NCBI GenBank assembly: GCA_047602405.1
Contig: JASGHJ010000002.1
Location: 544,001-608,000, forward strand
Reading direction: 5' to 3'
DNA: 64,000 nt
Origin: Anaeromyxobacteraceae bacterium
Lineage (GTDB): Bacteria > Myxococcota > Myxococcia > Myxococcales > Anaeromyxobacteraceae
The notes beneath the pieces are model-generated. The model was not told the DNA's origin, made no database searches, and saw only the letters and a list, made by a program, of their open reading frames with translations. Of this stretch, positions 9,871 to 19,961 are shown one piece after another. Position 1 is the first letter of the stretch; each line of letters begins with the position of its first letter. The translations under genes and the position numbers were made by a program.

Positions 9871-11208
9871 ATGAAGGTCTCGGTCATCGGCACGGGCTAC
9901 GTGGGCCTCGTCTCCGGCGTCTGCCTCGCCGAGGTCGGCCACGAGGTCACCTGCGTCGACGTGGACGCCTCGAAGGTCACCCGGATCATGAAGGGCGAGC
10001 CGCCCATCCACGAGAACGGCCTGCCCGAGCTGCTCGGGAAGGTCCTCGCGGCGAGGCGCTTCACCGCCACCCGCGACCTCAGGGCGGCGGTGCACGGCTC
10101 CGACCTCACCCTGATCGCGGTGGGCACGCCCTTCGACGGGCAGCGCATCGACCTCACCTTCGTGAAGGCGGTGGCGAAGGAGCTCGGCGAGGCCCTGAAG
10201 GACAAGCCGAGCTACCACGTGGTGGTCGTGAAGAGCACGGTGGTGCCCGGCACCACCGACTCGGTCGTGAAGCCGATCCTCGAGGAGGCCTCCGGCAAGC
10301 GGTGCGGTCCCGACTTCGGGGTCGGCATGAACCCCGAGTTCCTCACCGAGGGCCAGGCCATCGTCGACTTCATGAACCCCGACCGCATCGTGCTCGGGGC
10401 GATGGACGGCCGCGCGCTCGAGGTCCTCGACGGCCTGTACGCGCCGTTCCAGGGCGTGCCGCGCGTGCGCACGAACCCGCGCACCGCCGAGATGATCAAG
10501 TACGCCTCGAACGCGATGCTGGCCACCGCCATCTCGTTCTCGAACGAGCTCGGCAACCTCTGCGCCGCCCTCGGTGACGTGGACGTGGTCGACGTCATGG
10601 AGGGCCTGCACCTCGCCGAGTACCTCACCGTGAAGGGGGCCGACGGCCAGCGCAGGAAGGCCCCCATCGCCTCCTTCTTCTTCGCGGGCTGCGGCTTCGG
10701 CGGCTCCTGCCTGCCGAAGGACGTGAAGGCGCTCGCCGCGCACGGCGCCGCGAGCGGCGCGCCGATGCCGCTCCTCGAGTCGGTCATCACCGTGAACCGC
10801 GGGCAGCCCGGGCAGGTCCTGAAGCTCCTCGAGAAGGGGCTCGGCGACCTCGCCGGCAAGAAGGTCGGCGTCCTCGGCCTCGCGTTCAAGCCGGACACCG
10901 ACGACGTCCGCGAGTCGCCGGCCTTCCCCATCATCCGGCTCCTGCAGGAGCGGAAGGTGGCGGTGAAGGCCTACGATCCGGTCGCGACCGGCGAGGCGAG
11001 GAAGGTGCTCGGCGACAGCGTCGCCTACGCGCCGTCCGCGGCCGACTGCGTCGCGGGCGTGGACGCGGTGGTGCTCGTGACCCGCTGGAAGGAGTTCGAG
11101 GCGGTCCCCGCGCTCCTGCGTGCGATGCCGAACCCGCCGCTCCTCGTGGACGGGCGCCGGCAGCTCGACAAGCGGCAGGTGCCCCGGTACGCGGGCATCG
11201 GGTTGTAG
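9871..11208 (+). CDS. ugd: UDP-glucose/GDP-mannose dehydrogenase family
   Basis: GTGYVG, KSTVVPGT, NPEFLTEG, GFGGSCLPKD, LAFKPDTDDVRESP. Confidence 0.93.
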   Translation: MKVSVIGTGYVGLVSGVCLAEVGHEVTCVDVDASKVTRIMKGEPPIHENGLPELLGKVLAARRFTATRDLRAAVHGSDLTLIAVGTPFDGQRIDLTFVKAVAKELGEALKDKPSYHVVVVKSTVVPGTTDSVVKPILEEASGKRCGPDFGVGMNPEFLTEGQAIVDFMNPDRIVLGAMDGRALEVLDGLYAPFQGVPRVRTNPRTAEMIKYASNAMLATAISFSNELGNLCAALGDVDVVDVMEGLHLAEYLTVKGADGQRRKAPIASFFFAGCGFGGSCLPKDVKALAAHGAASGAPMPLLESVITVNRGQPGQVLKLLEKGLGDLAGKKVGVLGLAFKPDTDDVRESPAFPIIRLLQERKVAVKAYDPVATGEARKVLGDSVAYAPSAADCVAGVDAVVLVTRWKEFEAVPALLRAMPNPPLLVDGRRQLDKRQVPRYAGIGL

Positions 11209-11265
11209 CCCGCCGGGCTCGCGCTCCTCGAGCGGCCGCGCCGCCCGTGGAGCGCGCCCACGCCC

Positions 11266-13086
11266 TCAGCGGCCCTCGCGCGCGAGCCAGCGCGCGAGGT
11301 GGAGCGCGTAGAGCGACGACGCCTGCCAGTCGAGCGAGAGCTCGTTCGTCGACCAGCTGTCGTTGTCGGTGAACCGCCCGTCGGGCGGCGTGGCCGGGCC
11401 CCGCGGGAACGCGGGGTCGCCGAGGTACCCCCAGAACGGCACCGGGCGCTGGTGCGGCAGCGAGACGTCGAGCGGCTCGGGCGCCGAGTTCGGGCCGCCC
11501 GCGACCATGCCCGGGAAGTCGAACGGCTCGGCGCGCAGCGCCGCGAGCCACTGGTGGAAGCCGCGCACGCGGGCGCGGGTCACGCCGGGCAGCCCCGTCA
11601 CGTAGGCGAGGTGGAGGGAGTTGCGGCCGAGCACGTAGTGCACGTTCGCGAGCGCCTGCTCGCAGTCGGCGGCGTACCGGACGCGGTCCGCGAGGCAGAA
11701 GCGCGCGGACGAGGCGTTCGTCCAGACGAAGCCGGCGCCGTTCGACCCCCAGAACGTCGGCGCCGCGCGCTCGAACGGGTGGGCGGCGCCCTCGGCGAGC
11801 GCGGCGTCCGCGTTCCTGCGCATCCAGGCGCGGATGCCGGCCTTCACGGCGGGGTCGCCGGACGGGGCGCGCAGGTAGGTGAGGGCGGCGAAGCCCGCCG
11901 GGTGGATGAAGCTCGGGCGGCCCTCGAGCGGCGGCGCGGTGGCCGCGTAGGCGGCGAGGAAGCGCGGCTCGCCCGTCGCGAGCAGGAGCCCCGCCGCGGC
12001 CCAGGCGCGGACCTCGCGGCCGATGGCGCGGTCGCCGTCGAAGCGGTAGGCGGGGCAGGAGGGCCCATCGCTCGCGTCGTCGGGCCGCGCCTCCAGCCAG
12101 GCGAAGCCCCGGCGGGCCGCGGCGAGCAGCTGGTCCGCGAAGGCCGGGTCGTAGGGACGGTAGACGGGCGTCGCCGAGGCGAGCACGGCGGTGGCGCGGG
12201 CCGTGGCGAGGGCGCCCACCTCGCCGGCGCGGTAGGGCGGCACCGACTCGTAGCGGTTCGTGCCGTAGGGGCCGTAGCGGTCCTGGCAGGTGGTGCCGGC
12301 GAAGCCCCCCGCCCCGTCCTCGACCGAGAGCATCCACTCGAGCCCCCGGCGCGCCTCGTCGAGGAGGTCCGGGACCCCGTTGCCGGACTCCGGGAGCCCG
12401 AGGTCGTCGTCGGCCGGCGCGAGGTCGCGCCAGGTGTCGAGCATCCACTCGAGCGCGACCGCGGTGGAGGCGGAGTAGAGCGAGAAGTCCCCCGCGTCGT
12501 GCCACCCGCCGCGCACGCCCGGTGGCGCGAGGTGCGCGTCGCTCGCGTGGACCCACGGGCCGGCGGCGTGCGCGGGCTCGAGCGCGGTGAAGGCGCGCTG
12601 GTAGAGGAAGGCGCGCTGCACGGCGCGCGCCGCCGCGTCGAACACGCCGGGCCCGACGTCGAACGGCAGGCTCGCGAGGCCGGCGGCCTCGACGCGGTAG
12701 CGCCCCGGCGCCGTGAGCGCCGTGAGGTCGCCCACGAACGCCTCGCCCCCGGCGACCGCCGCGCTCTCGATCCGCCGCCCCGGCGCGTCCACGCGGAGCA
12801 CCTCGGCGCCGTCGGCGACCCGCACGACCCGGAAGCCCTGGAACGGCCGGGGCGCGCTGAACCGCTTCGCCATGCCCGGCGCGTACCCCACCTGAGAGGC
12901 CGCCAGGCGCGAGAAGGCGGGCTCCTCCGGGCCGAGGAGGGCCCGGCGCTGCCACCGCGCCGGCCAGCCGGCGGCCTCCTTCGCGAGCCCGCGGAGGGTG
13001 TCCCGGACCCCTGGGACAGCGAGCGCCGCGGCGGCCAGGATCGCGACGGCGAGGAGCGGGAGGCGGGCCGGGCGCGCGCGGGGCAC
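11266..13086 (-). CDS. Glycoside hydrolase family 9 with N-terminal Ig-like domain and membrane anchor/signal (start uncertain)
   Basis: GGWHDAGD, ESGNGVPDLLDEA, LGRN...YVTG, C-terminal DSWSTNELSLDW; hydrophobic N-terminus. Confidence 0.85.
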   Translation of the reverse strand: MPRARPARLPLLAVAILAAAALAVPGVRDTLRGLAKEAAGWPARWQRRALLGPEEPAFSRLAASQVGYAPGMAKRFSAPRPFQGFRVVRVADGAEVLRVDAPGRRIESAAVAGGEAFVGDLTALTAPGRYRVEAAGLASLPFDVGPGVFDAAARAVQRAFLYQRAFTALEPAHAAGPWVHASDAHLAPPGVRGGWHDAGDFSLYSASTAVALEWMLDTWRDLAPADDDLGLPESGNGVPDLLDEARRGLEWMLSVEDGAGGFAGTTCQDRYGPYGTNRYESVPPYRAGEVGALATARATAVLASATPVYRPYDPAFADQLLAAARRGFAWLEARPDDASDGPSCPAYRFDGDRAIGREVRAWAAAGLLLATGEPRFLAAYAATAPPLEGRPSFIHPAGFAALTYLRAPSGDPAVKAGIRAWMRRNADAALAEGAAHPFERAAPTFWGSNGAGFVWTNASSARFCLADRVRYAADCEQALANVHYVLGRNSLHLAYVTGLPGVTRARVRGFHQWLAALRAEPFDFPGMVAGGPNSAPEPLDVSLPHQRPVPFWGYLGDPAFPRGPATPPDGRFTDNDSWSTNELSLDWQASSLYALHLARWLAREGR

Positions 13087-13206
13087 GGCGCGAGCATCGC
13101 ACGTCCGGGCCGGCGGGGCGCGGGGGCGGGCGTCACCGCGTCGGGGGTGGCGGGCCTGCTTCACCGGGGGCCCGGTCTCCCGTACACTCCGGGCCCAAAA
13201 GGCGCC

Positions 13207-13380
13207 ATGCAGAAGCTCGTCCTCATGTCGGTGATCTTCATGTCGATCGTCCTGCCGGCCATCGCGGCGGGGGAGCGCGACGCGCGCCTCGCCGTCAAGA
13301 AGGCCGCGCTCTGGTACGTCGCCGGGGTCTGCGTCTACGCGTTCCTCGTGATGTTCGTCTACCCGCGGTTCGTGGGCTGA
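13207..13380 (+). CDS. 57-aa two-TM small protein directly upstream of co-polymerase 1
   Basis: MQKLVLMSVIFMSIVLPAIAA...ALWYVAGVCVYAFLVMFVYPRFVG; typical codon usage; 10-nt gap to the next gene. Confidence 0.75.
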   Translation: MQKLVLMSVIFMSIVLPAIAAGERDARLAVKKAALWYVAGVCVYAFLVMFVYPRFVG

Positions 13381-13390
13381 GGGCCGGCGC

Positions 13391-14776
13391 GTGACGGGGA
13401 GCGCAGAGGTGCGGGCCTTCGCGGCCAGGGTCCCGGCCCCGGGCAGGGGCAAGCTGCGCCGCTCGGTCGGCTTCGTGCTGTCCTCGGTGCGGCGGCACCC
13501 GGTCCTCTTCCTCGCCACGTGGGCTGCCCTCGTCGGCGTGGTGCTCGGGCTCGTCGCGATCCTGCCCCCCGTGTACGAGGTGCGCTCGAAGCTGCTCTTC
13601 CGCCCGAGCGGCGTGCTCCGAGTGCGCGCCGACGGCAACCCCGAGCCGCCGACGCTCGCCACCGCCGAGAAGGTCATGCGCCGCGAGAACCTCACGCTGC
13701 TCGTCGAGAAGCTCGGCCTCGTCGAGGCGGCGGACCGCCACCGCGCGCCGGTCCAGCGGCTCCGGGACGCGATCCTGCGGCGGCTCCGCGAGCCCCCGAC
13801 GCACGAGGAGCGGGTCGAGATCTTCGTCGAGGTGGTGGAGAAGCGGCTCCGGGTCGACGCGTGGAAGGACGGCACGGTGAACTTCGTCGCGACCTGGGGC
13901 GACCCCGAGCTCGCGCACCAGCTCGTCGCCGGCATCCAGCAGGCGTTCCTCGACGATCGCCGGGCCATCGAGGTGGACGCCATCGAGAAGCTGATCGCGA
14001 TCCTGCGGGAGCACGAGGGGGTGCTGCAGGCCACCGTGGAGAAGGAGCTCGTGCAGCTCGAGAAGGCGGGGGCCCGCGACCCGGCGCTGACCTCGGTGGC
14101 GCTGCCGCAGCTGCGGGAGCTCCGCAGCGCCCGGGAGCGGCTCGCGAAGCTCACCGCCGCGAAGGAGCAGCTCGAGCTCGACCGCCGCCGGCGGACCGCG
14201 GGGCTGCGCTCGCAGCAGCAGGAGAAGCGCGGGATCTACTCCGAGGCCCACCCGGTCATGGTCGGGCTCCAGCAGCGGATCGACGCGCTCGACACGCCCG
14301 GCCCCGACGAGGTGCGCGTCGACCGCGAGCTGCGCGAGGCCCAGGCGATGGTCCAGGACCTCGAGGTCCGGCCCGGGCACCGCGACGAGCGGCGCGACGA
14401 GCGCCGCGAGGCGGGGCTCGAGCCGTTCCGCGGGGCGCGGTTCGCGGTGGCCGCCCCCGGCAAGCGCAAGGGGAGGGGCGAGGTGCGGGACCAGGCCGAG
14501 GGGACCCGCGCCCGCATCGAGCAGCTCGAGATCGAGCTCGACACCGCGCGGGCCGCCTTCCCATACCGCTACCTGGTGGTCGAGCCGCCGCGGGTCCCGG
14601 ACCGGCCGGTGCGGCCGCTCGAGGTCCCGGTGACCGTGGCCGCGGTGCTCTACGGCCTCCTCCTCGGCCTCTTCGCCGCGACCTTCTCCGAGCTGCGCAG
14701 CGGCTCGGTGCGGGAGGCCTGGCAGCTCGAGCGCGCCCTGGGCGGCGGCGTCCCGGTCGTCGAGGTGCGCCTGTGA
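13391..14776 (+). CDS. Polysaccharide co-polymerase (Wzz/Wzc periplasmic part, no kinase domain), copy 1
   Basis: Two TM segments flanking a coiled coil; YSEAHP motif; Pro-rich PPRVPDRPVRP before TM2. Confidence 0.82.
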   Translation: MTGSAEVRAFAARVPAPGRGKLRRSVGFVLSSVRRHPVLFLATWAALVGVVLGLVAILPPVYEVRSKLLFRPSGVLRVRADGNPEPPTLATAEKVMRRENLTLLVEKLGLVEAADRHRAPVQRLRDAILRRLREPPTHEERVEIFVEVVEKRLRVDAWKDGTVNFVATWGDPELAHQLVAGIQQAFLDDRRAIEVDAIEKLIAILREHEGVLQATVEKELVQLEKAGARDPALTSVALPQLRELRSARERLAKLTAAKEQLELDRRRRTAGLRSQQQEKRGIYSEAHPVMVGLQQRIDALDTPGPDEVRVDRELREAQAMVQDLEVRPGHRDERRDERREAGLEPFRGARFAVAAPGKRKGRGEVRDQAEGTRARIEQLEIELDTARAAFPYRYLVVEPPRVPDRPVRPLEVPVTVAAVLYGLLLGLFAATFSELRSGSVREAWQLERALGGGVPVVEVRL

Positions 14777-16294
14777 CCACCCTCACCGCCCGCGTCCCCC
14801 GCCTCGAATCTCGTGGCGCTCGCCTGGGTGTCCGGCCTCGGCCTCGCCGGGGCGCTCGCGATCGTCGTCGGCAACGGCAACCCGGCCCTCGCCTTCCTCC
14901 CGCTCGTGCTCGCCGGCGTGCTCGCGCTCGTGGCGTTCCAGCCGCTCCGGCGCACGCTCCTCGTGGTCGCGTTCCTGGCGCTCGTGCTCGAGAACCCGGC
15001 CGAGAGCTTCGGCAGCGGCCTCTGGAAGTCGCCCATCGCGACGCTGGGCGCCCTCTACCTCATGCAGCTGAAGCAGACGATCGGCGGCGGGCTGATCGTG
15101 ACCGGCCTCGACCTCGCGCTCGCGCTCGTGGCGTTCACCTGGCTCGTGCGGCGGATGCGGGGCTCCACCATCGACGCGGGCGGCCAGGTGGCCACCGCGT
15201 CGCCGATCGTCTGGGCCGCCGGCGTCTGCTACGCGACCATCGCGTTCATGGAGGTGTACGGGATCGCCCGCGGGGGGAGCTTCGCGAGCTCGCTCTGGCA
15301 GCTGTTCCGCGTCATCTACCTGCCCGGCGTCGTCCTGCTCTTCGCGGCGGCGCTGCGGGGCGGGCGCGACGCGCCGGCGCTCGGCCGCCTGATGGTCATC
15401 GCCGCGCTCTACCGCGCCGTCCTGGCCATCGTCATCCGCTGGCAGTTCCCGGATCTCGAGCAGATGCCGCACGCCACCACGCACGCGGACTCGATGCTCT
15501 TCGCGAACGCGTGCGTCCTCGTGGTGGCGAACCTGTACGAGCGCCCCGGCAAGCAGTCCGCCTGGACCGCCGTCGGCGTGCTGCCCGTCGTGCTGTGGGG
15601 CATGGTCGCGAACAACCGGCGGCTCGTGTGGGTCGAGCTCCTGATGGCCCTCGCGGTGCTCACGGTCCTCACCGGCTGGAGCCCCATCAAGCGGAGGATG
15701 TCGCAGGCCGCGATCCTGGCGCTGCCGTTCTTCCTCGTCTACGTGGCGGTCGGGTGGAGCCACCCCACCGGCCCGTTCGCGCCGGTGAAGACCATCCGCT
15801 CCGTCGTCGACTCCGACTCGGACAGCTCCACGAAGTGGCGCGACTGGGAGAACTACAACCTCTACGCGACGTTCGCGAAGAACCCGCTCGTGGGGAGCGG
15901 CTACGGGCACGAGTACGACGAGGTCGTGCACCTGCCGGACATCTCGGCGAACTACGAGCTCTACCGGCTCGCGCCGCACAACTCGGTGCTCGGGATCATG
16001 GCCTACGGCGGCGCCGTCGGGTTCGCGGGCCTGTTCCTCATGATCCCGATCGGCATGTTCTTCGCCGTCCGCTCGTACCGGCGCGCGATCGCCGCGCGCG
16101 ATCGCATCGCGTCCCTCACGGCGATCGGCGTGTTCGTCACGTACCTCAACCACTGCTACGGCGACATGGCGCTCGGCACGTACACCTCGGTCGTCTCGGT
16201 CGGCGCGGCCCTGGCGCTCGTGGGGAAGCTCGCGGTCTCGACCGGCGCCTGGCCGGTGGGGGCGCCCCGCTCCGCGGGGCCGGTCCCGCCGTGA
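14773..16294 (+). CDS. Wzy-like polymerase / O-antigen ligase family; +1 frameshift at GAATC 14806-14810
   Basis: About 12 TM; NNRRLVWV, RDWENYN, NPLVGSGYGH, PHNSVLG. A GTG overlapping the upstream stop joins the ORF after deleting one A. Confidence 0.82.
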
Positions 16295-16771
16295 CCGCGC
16301 CCGCGCGGACCCCCTTCGAGGGCGGGCGCTCCCCGCACCCGCTCGATTCTCGCCTGGCTGCGGCTCGGGCGGGACTGGGCGTGGCTCGCGATCGTCCCCG
16401 CCGAGCCCGGGCTCGACGTGTCGCTCCTCGCCCGCGCGCTCGCGCGGGTGGGCGAGGAGGTCTCGCAGGAGGCGGTCGAGTTCCGCGACGCCTCGCGGGT
16501 CGAGCCGGGGGGCGTGCCGGGGCTCGTGACCGACCTGCGCCGGGAGAAGCGCGGGGGGCGCGCGGTGGTGGCGCTCGCGTGCCCGCTCTCGAGCGCCGCC
16601 GCCCTCGAGGTCGCCCGCTCGGCGGACGGGGTCGTGCTCTGCACGCGCCGCGGCCAGACGCCGCTCGCCGGCGTGCGCGCCGCGGCGGCCGCGATCGGGC
16701 GCGCGAAGCTCGTGTGCTCGCTGCTCGTCGACGAGGGACCGCCGGCCCCGGCGCGCCGGCGGCGGGCCTAG
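16291..16771 (+). CDS. Stand-alone BY-kinase-like protein with degenerate Walker motifs, copy 1; +1 frameshift at GATTC 16345-16349
   Basis: Corrected LDLAWLRLGRDWAWLAIVPAEPG...ARSADGVVLCTRRGQT; paralogous to 28279-28890. Confidence 0.7.
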
Positions 16772-17967
16772 CGACCCGCGTCGGCCGCGGCGGCGGGCGC
16801 GGGCGCGGGGGCAGGGCGCGCCGGCGCCGTCTCGAAGTGGCGCTTCAGCGAGAGGAACGGCTTCTCGAAGAGCTCGTAGCTCGCCACCGCCACCGCGAAC
16901 GAGGCCGCCGACGCGAGGAGCGCCTTCGCGAGCACGCCGGCGAGGTGGTTCCCGAGGAGCGCCGTCATCCGCGCGTCCGCGTCCCACAGGTAGAGCTGGT
17001 AGTTGAGGATCGCGTGGTAGACGTAGAGGCCGTACGCGTACTTCCCGATGGTCATCAGGCCGCGGTGCTCGAAGACCCGCGCGCGCCAGCCGGCGGGGGC
17101 CCCGGGGAGCCGTACCGCGAGCAGCGTGAACGCGCCGAAGAAGAGCGCGTAGAGCGTGTTCCGCACCTGGTGCAGCACCTCGAGCCCGAGCCCGGTCAGC
17201 GCGCACCAGGCCGAGACCGCGACGATCGCGCCGAGGAGGGCCGCCGCGGCGCGGCCGGCGCCCGCGAGCCAGGGGGCGGCGCCGGCGGGGCGGCGGATGA
17301 CGGCCGCGAGCCACGCCCCGACCACGAGCGTGTCCACGCGGGCCGGCGTGAGGACCGAGATCGACAGCTCGGAGACCCCCCAGAGCGCGAGCGCGACGCG
17401 GAGCCCGAGGCCCGCGACGACCACGCCCAGCGCGACCTTCTCGAGCGTCTCCCGGCGCAGGAGGAACACGACGAGCGGCCACACGAGGTAGAAGTGCTCC
17501 TCGATCGCGAGCGACCAGAAGTGGCTGAGGTAGCCGAGCGCCCAGGCGTTCTCGCGCGCGATGTAGAAGTTCGAGGTGTAGGTCCACAGCCACGCCTGCT
17601 CGCGGCGGGCGTGCTCGAGCGCCGGCGGGAGCGTCGTGACGAGGGGCAGGAGGAGGAAGGCGACGAGCAGCACCGCGTAGTAGAGCGGGAAGATGCGCAG
17701 CGTGCGGCGCGCGTAGAAGTTCCGGAAGTAGTGCGGCTTGCCCTTCGCCTCGAGCAACAGGCCGGTGATGAGGAAGCCGGACAGGACGAAGAAGAGGTCC
17801 ACGCCGAGCAGGCCGTAGCCGGCGGTCTTCACGACGAGCCGGTCGAGGAGGCCGGTGGGGTGGGCGTCGCCGACGAAGTGCAGCGCCATCACGGCGAGGA
17901 TGGCGAAGCCGCGCACGCCGTCCAGGCCGGGCTGGTGGCCGGTGAGCCTCGTCGAGTCGGGGTGCAT
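16768..17967 (-). CDS. Acyltransferase-3 (OafA-like) O-acyltransferase
   Basis: LDGVRGFAILAV, GVDLFFVLSGFLIT, RRTLRIFPLY, HFWSLAIEEHFY, SYELFEKP. Confidence 0.92.
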   Translation of the reverse strand: MHPDSTRLTGHQPGLDGVRGFAILAVMALHFVGDAHPTGLLDRLVVKTAGYGLLGVDLFFVLSGFLITGLLLEAKGKPHYFRNFYARRTLRIFPLYYAVLLVAFLLLPLVTTLPPALEHARREQAWLWTYTSNFYIARENAWALGYLSHFWSLAIEEHFYLVWPLVVFLLRRETLEKVALGVVVAGLGLRVALALWGVSELSISVLTPARVDTLVVGAWLAAVIRRPAGAAPWLAGAGRAAAALLGAIVAVSAWCALTGLGLEVLHQVRNTLYALFFGAFTLLAVRLPGAPAGWRARVFEHRGLMTIGKYAYGLYVYHAILNYQLYLWDADARMTALLGNHLAGVLAKALLASAASFAVAVASYELFEKPFLSLKRHFETAPARPAPAPAPAAAADAGR

Positions 17968-18166
17968 CGCGCGAATGTATGCGGGCGACGCCCGCCGCTC
18001 AACGGCGCCCCCGCCCCCCCGGGGCGTGACCCCCGACCACGGGACCACCTCGCACGCTGGGTGTAGGTGCCTTCCGTGCCTCCCGGGAGGGGCGGGCCGG
18101 TGTGCGTGTTCCGTCGCCGGACCTGGGGAATGGACGGCCCGTCGAGGCGCGTACTAGGGTCCCCGC

Positions 18167-19165
18167 ATGCAAGAGGACGCCTCGCAAAGGCCCCCGGGGC
18201 GCCGCTACCTGCTCGTCTCGCCGTGCCGCGACGAGGCCGGGTACATCCGGCGCACCCTCGACAGCGTGGCCGCGCAGACCCTCACCCCGGCGCTCTGGAT
18301 CGTGGTGGACGACGGCTCCACCGACGAGACGCCGGCGATCCTCGCCGAGTACGCGGCCCGCCTCCCCTGGCTGAAGATCGTGCGCCGCGCCGACCGCGGC
18401 AAGCGCAAGGTCGGGCCGGGCGTCATCGAGGCCTTCTACGCCGGGCTCGAGGGCGTGCGGCTCGAGGACTACGACTACGTCTGCAAGCTCGACATGGACC
18501 TCGACCTGCCGAAGGGCTACTTCGAGGGGCTCGTCCTGCGCATGGAGGCCGAGCCGCGGCTCGGCACGACCTCCGGCAAGCCCTGGTTCGTGCACCCGAA
18601 GACGGGCGCGCTCGAGCCCGAGGTCGCCGGCGACGAGATGTCGGTCGGCATGACGAAGTTCTACCGGGTCCGGTGCTTCCAGGAGATCGGCGGCTTCGTC
18701 CGCCAGGTCATGTGGGACGGCATCGACTGCCACCGCTGCCGGATGCTCGGCTGGCTCGCCGAGAGCGTGAACGACGAGGCCCTGCGCTTCGTGCACCTGC
18801 GCCCGCAGGGCGCGAGCCACAAGGGCATCTGGACCGGCCGCCAGCGCGCCGGCTTCGGGCAGTGGTTCATGGGCACCTCGCCGCTCTACTACCTCGCGGT
18901 GGCCGTGTTCCGGCTCCCCAAGCACCCGGTCGTCATCGGCAGCCTCGCCCAGCTCTGGGGGTACGTGAAGAGCTGGCTCACGGGCGCGCCGCGCTACGAG
19001 GACGTCGAGTTCCGCAGGTTCGTGCGCCGCTACCAGCACCTCGCCCTCGTGATGGGCAAGGGCAAGGCGACGCGCAAGGTGGACGCCGAGCAGGCGGCGG
19101 TCTGGGAGGCGCGCCACGCGCCCGGGACCTTCTCGAAGCGCGCCGGAGGGGCGAGTGCAGCCTGA
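18167..19165 (+). CDS. Glycosyltransferase family 2
   Basis: SPCRDEA, VVDDGSTDET, KLDMD (DxD). Confidence 0.9.
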   Translation: MQEDASQRPPGRRYLLVSPCRDEAGYIRRTLDSVAAQTLTPALWIVVDDGSTDETPAILAEYAARLPWLKIVRRADRGKRKVGPGVIEAFYAGLEGVRLEDYDYVCKLDMDLDLPKGYFEGLVLRMEAEPRLGTTSGKPWFVHPKTGALEPEVAGDEMSVGMTKFYRVRCFQEIGGFVRQVMWDGIDCHRCRMLGWLAESVNDEALRFVHLRPQGASHKGIWTGRQRAGFGQWFMGTSPLYYLAVAVFRLPKHPVVIGSLAQLWGYVKSWLTGAPRYEDVEFRRFVRRYQHLALVMGKGKATRKVDAEQAAVWEARHAPGTFSKRAGGASAA

Positions 19166-19961
19166 CGTGACGAAGCGGGTCGAGCTCATGGGGCTCGGCT
19201 TCGATCCGGTCCGCATGGACGAGGCGGTGCGCACCTGCGTCGCGTGGTGCGAGGGGCCGCGGCAGCCGCGGTCGGTCATCACCGCGAACGCCAGCATCCT
19301 CTGCATGATGCGGCGCGATCCCGAGCTCGCCGCCGCCTGCCGGGCGGGGGATCTCAACCTCGCCGACGGCATGTCCGCGGTCTGGGCGCTCGGGGCGAAG
19401 GGCACCCCGGTGCCGGAGCGCGTCGCGGGCGTCGACCTCATGGCGCGGCTCCTCAAGGAGGCCGGGCGCCGGAGGCTCCGGGTCTTCTACCTCGGCGCGA
19501 AGGAGGAGATCGTCTCCACCCTCGCCCGCACCTCCGCCGAGAAGTACCCGGGGCTCGTCGTCGCCGGGTACCGCAACGGCTACTTCAAGCCGGAGGACCA
19601 CCCGGCCCTCGTGGAGGCCATCCGCGAGGCGCGGCCGCACATGCTCTTCGTGGGCATGCCGAGCCCGTTCAAGGAGAACTTCCTCGAGCGGCACCGGGCA
19701 CGCCTCGACGTGCCGGTGCTGATGGGCGTCGGCGGCAGCTTCGACGTGCTCGCGGGCCACATCTCCCGGGCCCCGGTCTTCATGCGGAAGATCGGGATGG
19801 AGTGGGCCTGGCGGCTCCTGATGGAGCCCCGCAAGATGTGGAAGCGGTACCTCACCACCAACAGCGAGTTCGTGTGGGTCGCCGGGCGCGAGGCCCTGGC
19901 GCACCGGCTCGGGCTCGGCGGGCGCTCGAAGCAGCCGCCCGCGGGAGCCCCCACGCCGTGA
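19155..19961 (+). CDS. WecG/TagA/CpsF-family glycosyltransferase (GT26)
   Basis: ADGM, ERVAGVDL, GVGGSFDV, RAP...GMEWAWRLLMEPRKMWKRY. Confidence 0.92.
   Translation: MQPDVTKRVELMGLGFDPVRMDEAVRTCVAWCEGPRQPRSVITANASILCMMRRDPELAAACRAGDLNLADGMSAVWALGAKGTPVPERVAGVDLMARLLKEAGRRRLRVFYLGAKEEIVSTLARTSAEKYPGLVVAGYRNGYFKPEDHPALVEAIREARPHMLFVGMPSPFKENFLERHRARLDVPVLMGVGGSFDVLAGHISRAPVFMRKIGMEWAWRLLMEPRKMWKRYLTTNSEFVWVAGREALAHRLGLGGRSKQPPAGAPTP

Noticed and set aside
13519..18066. Very long alternative-frame or antisense ORFs (1515 aa here; also 56184-61250, 56599-61266, 38665-42426)
   Set aside because: Arg/Pro/Gly/Ala-rich shadows of real genes, expected in high-GC DNA with few stop codons; no motifs outside the embedded true genes.
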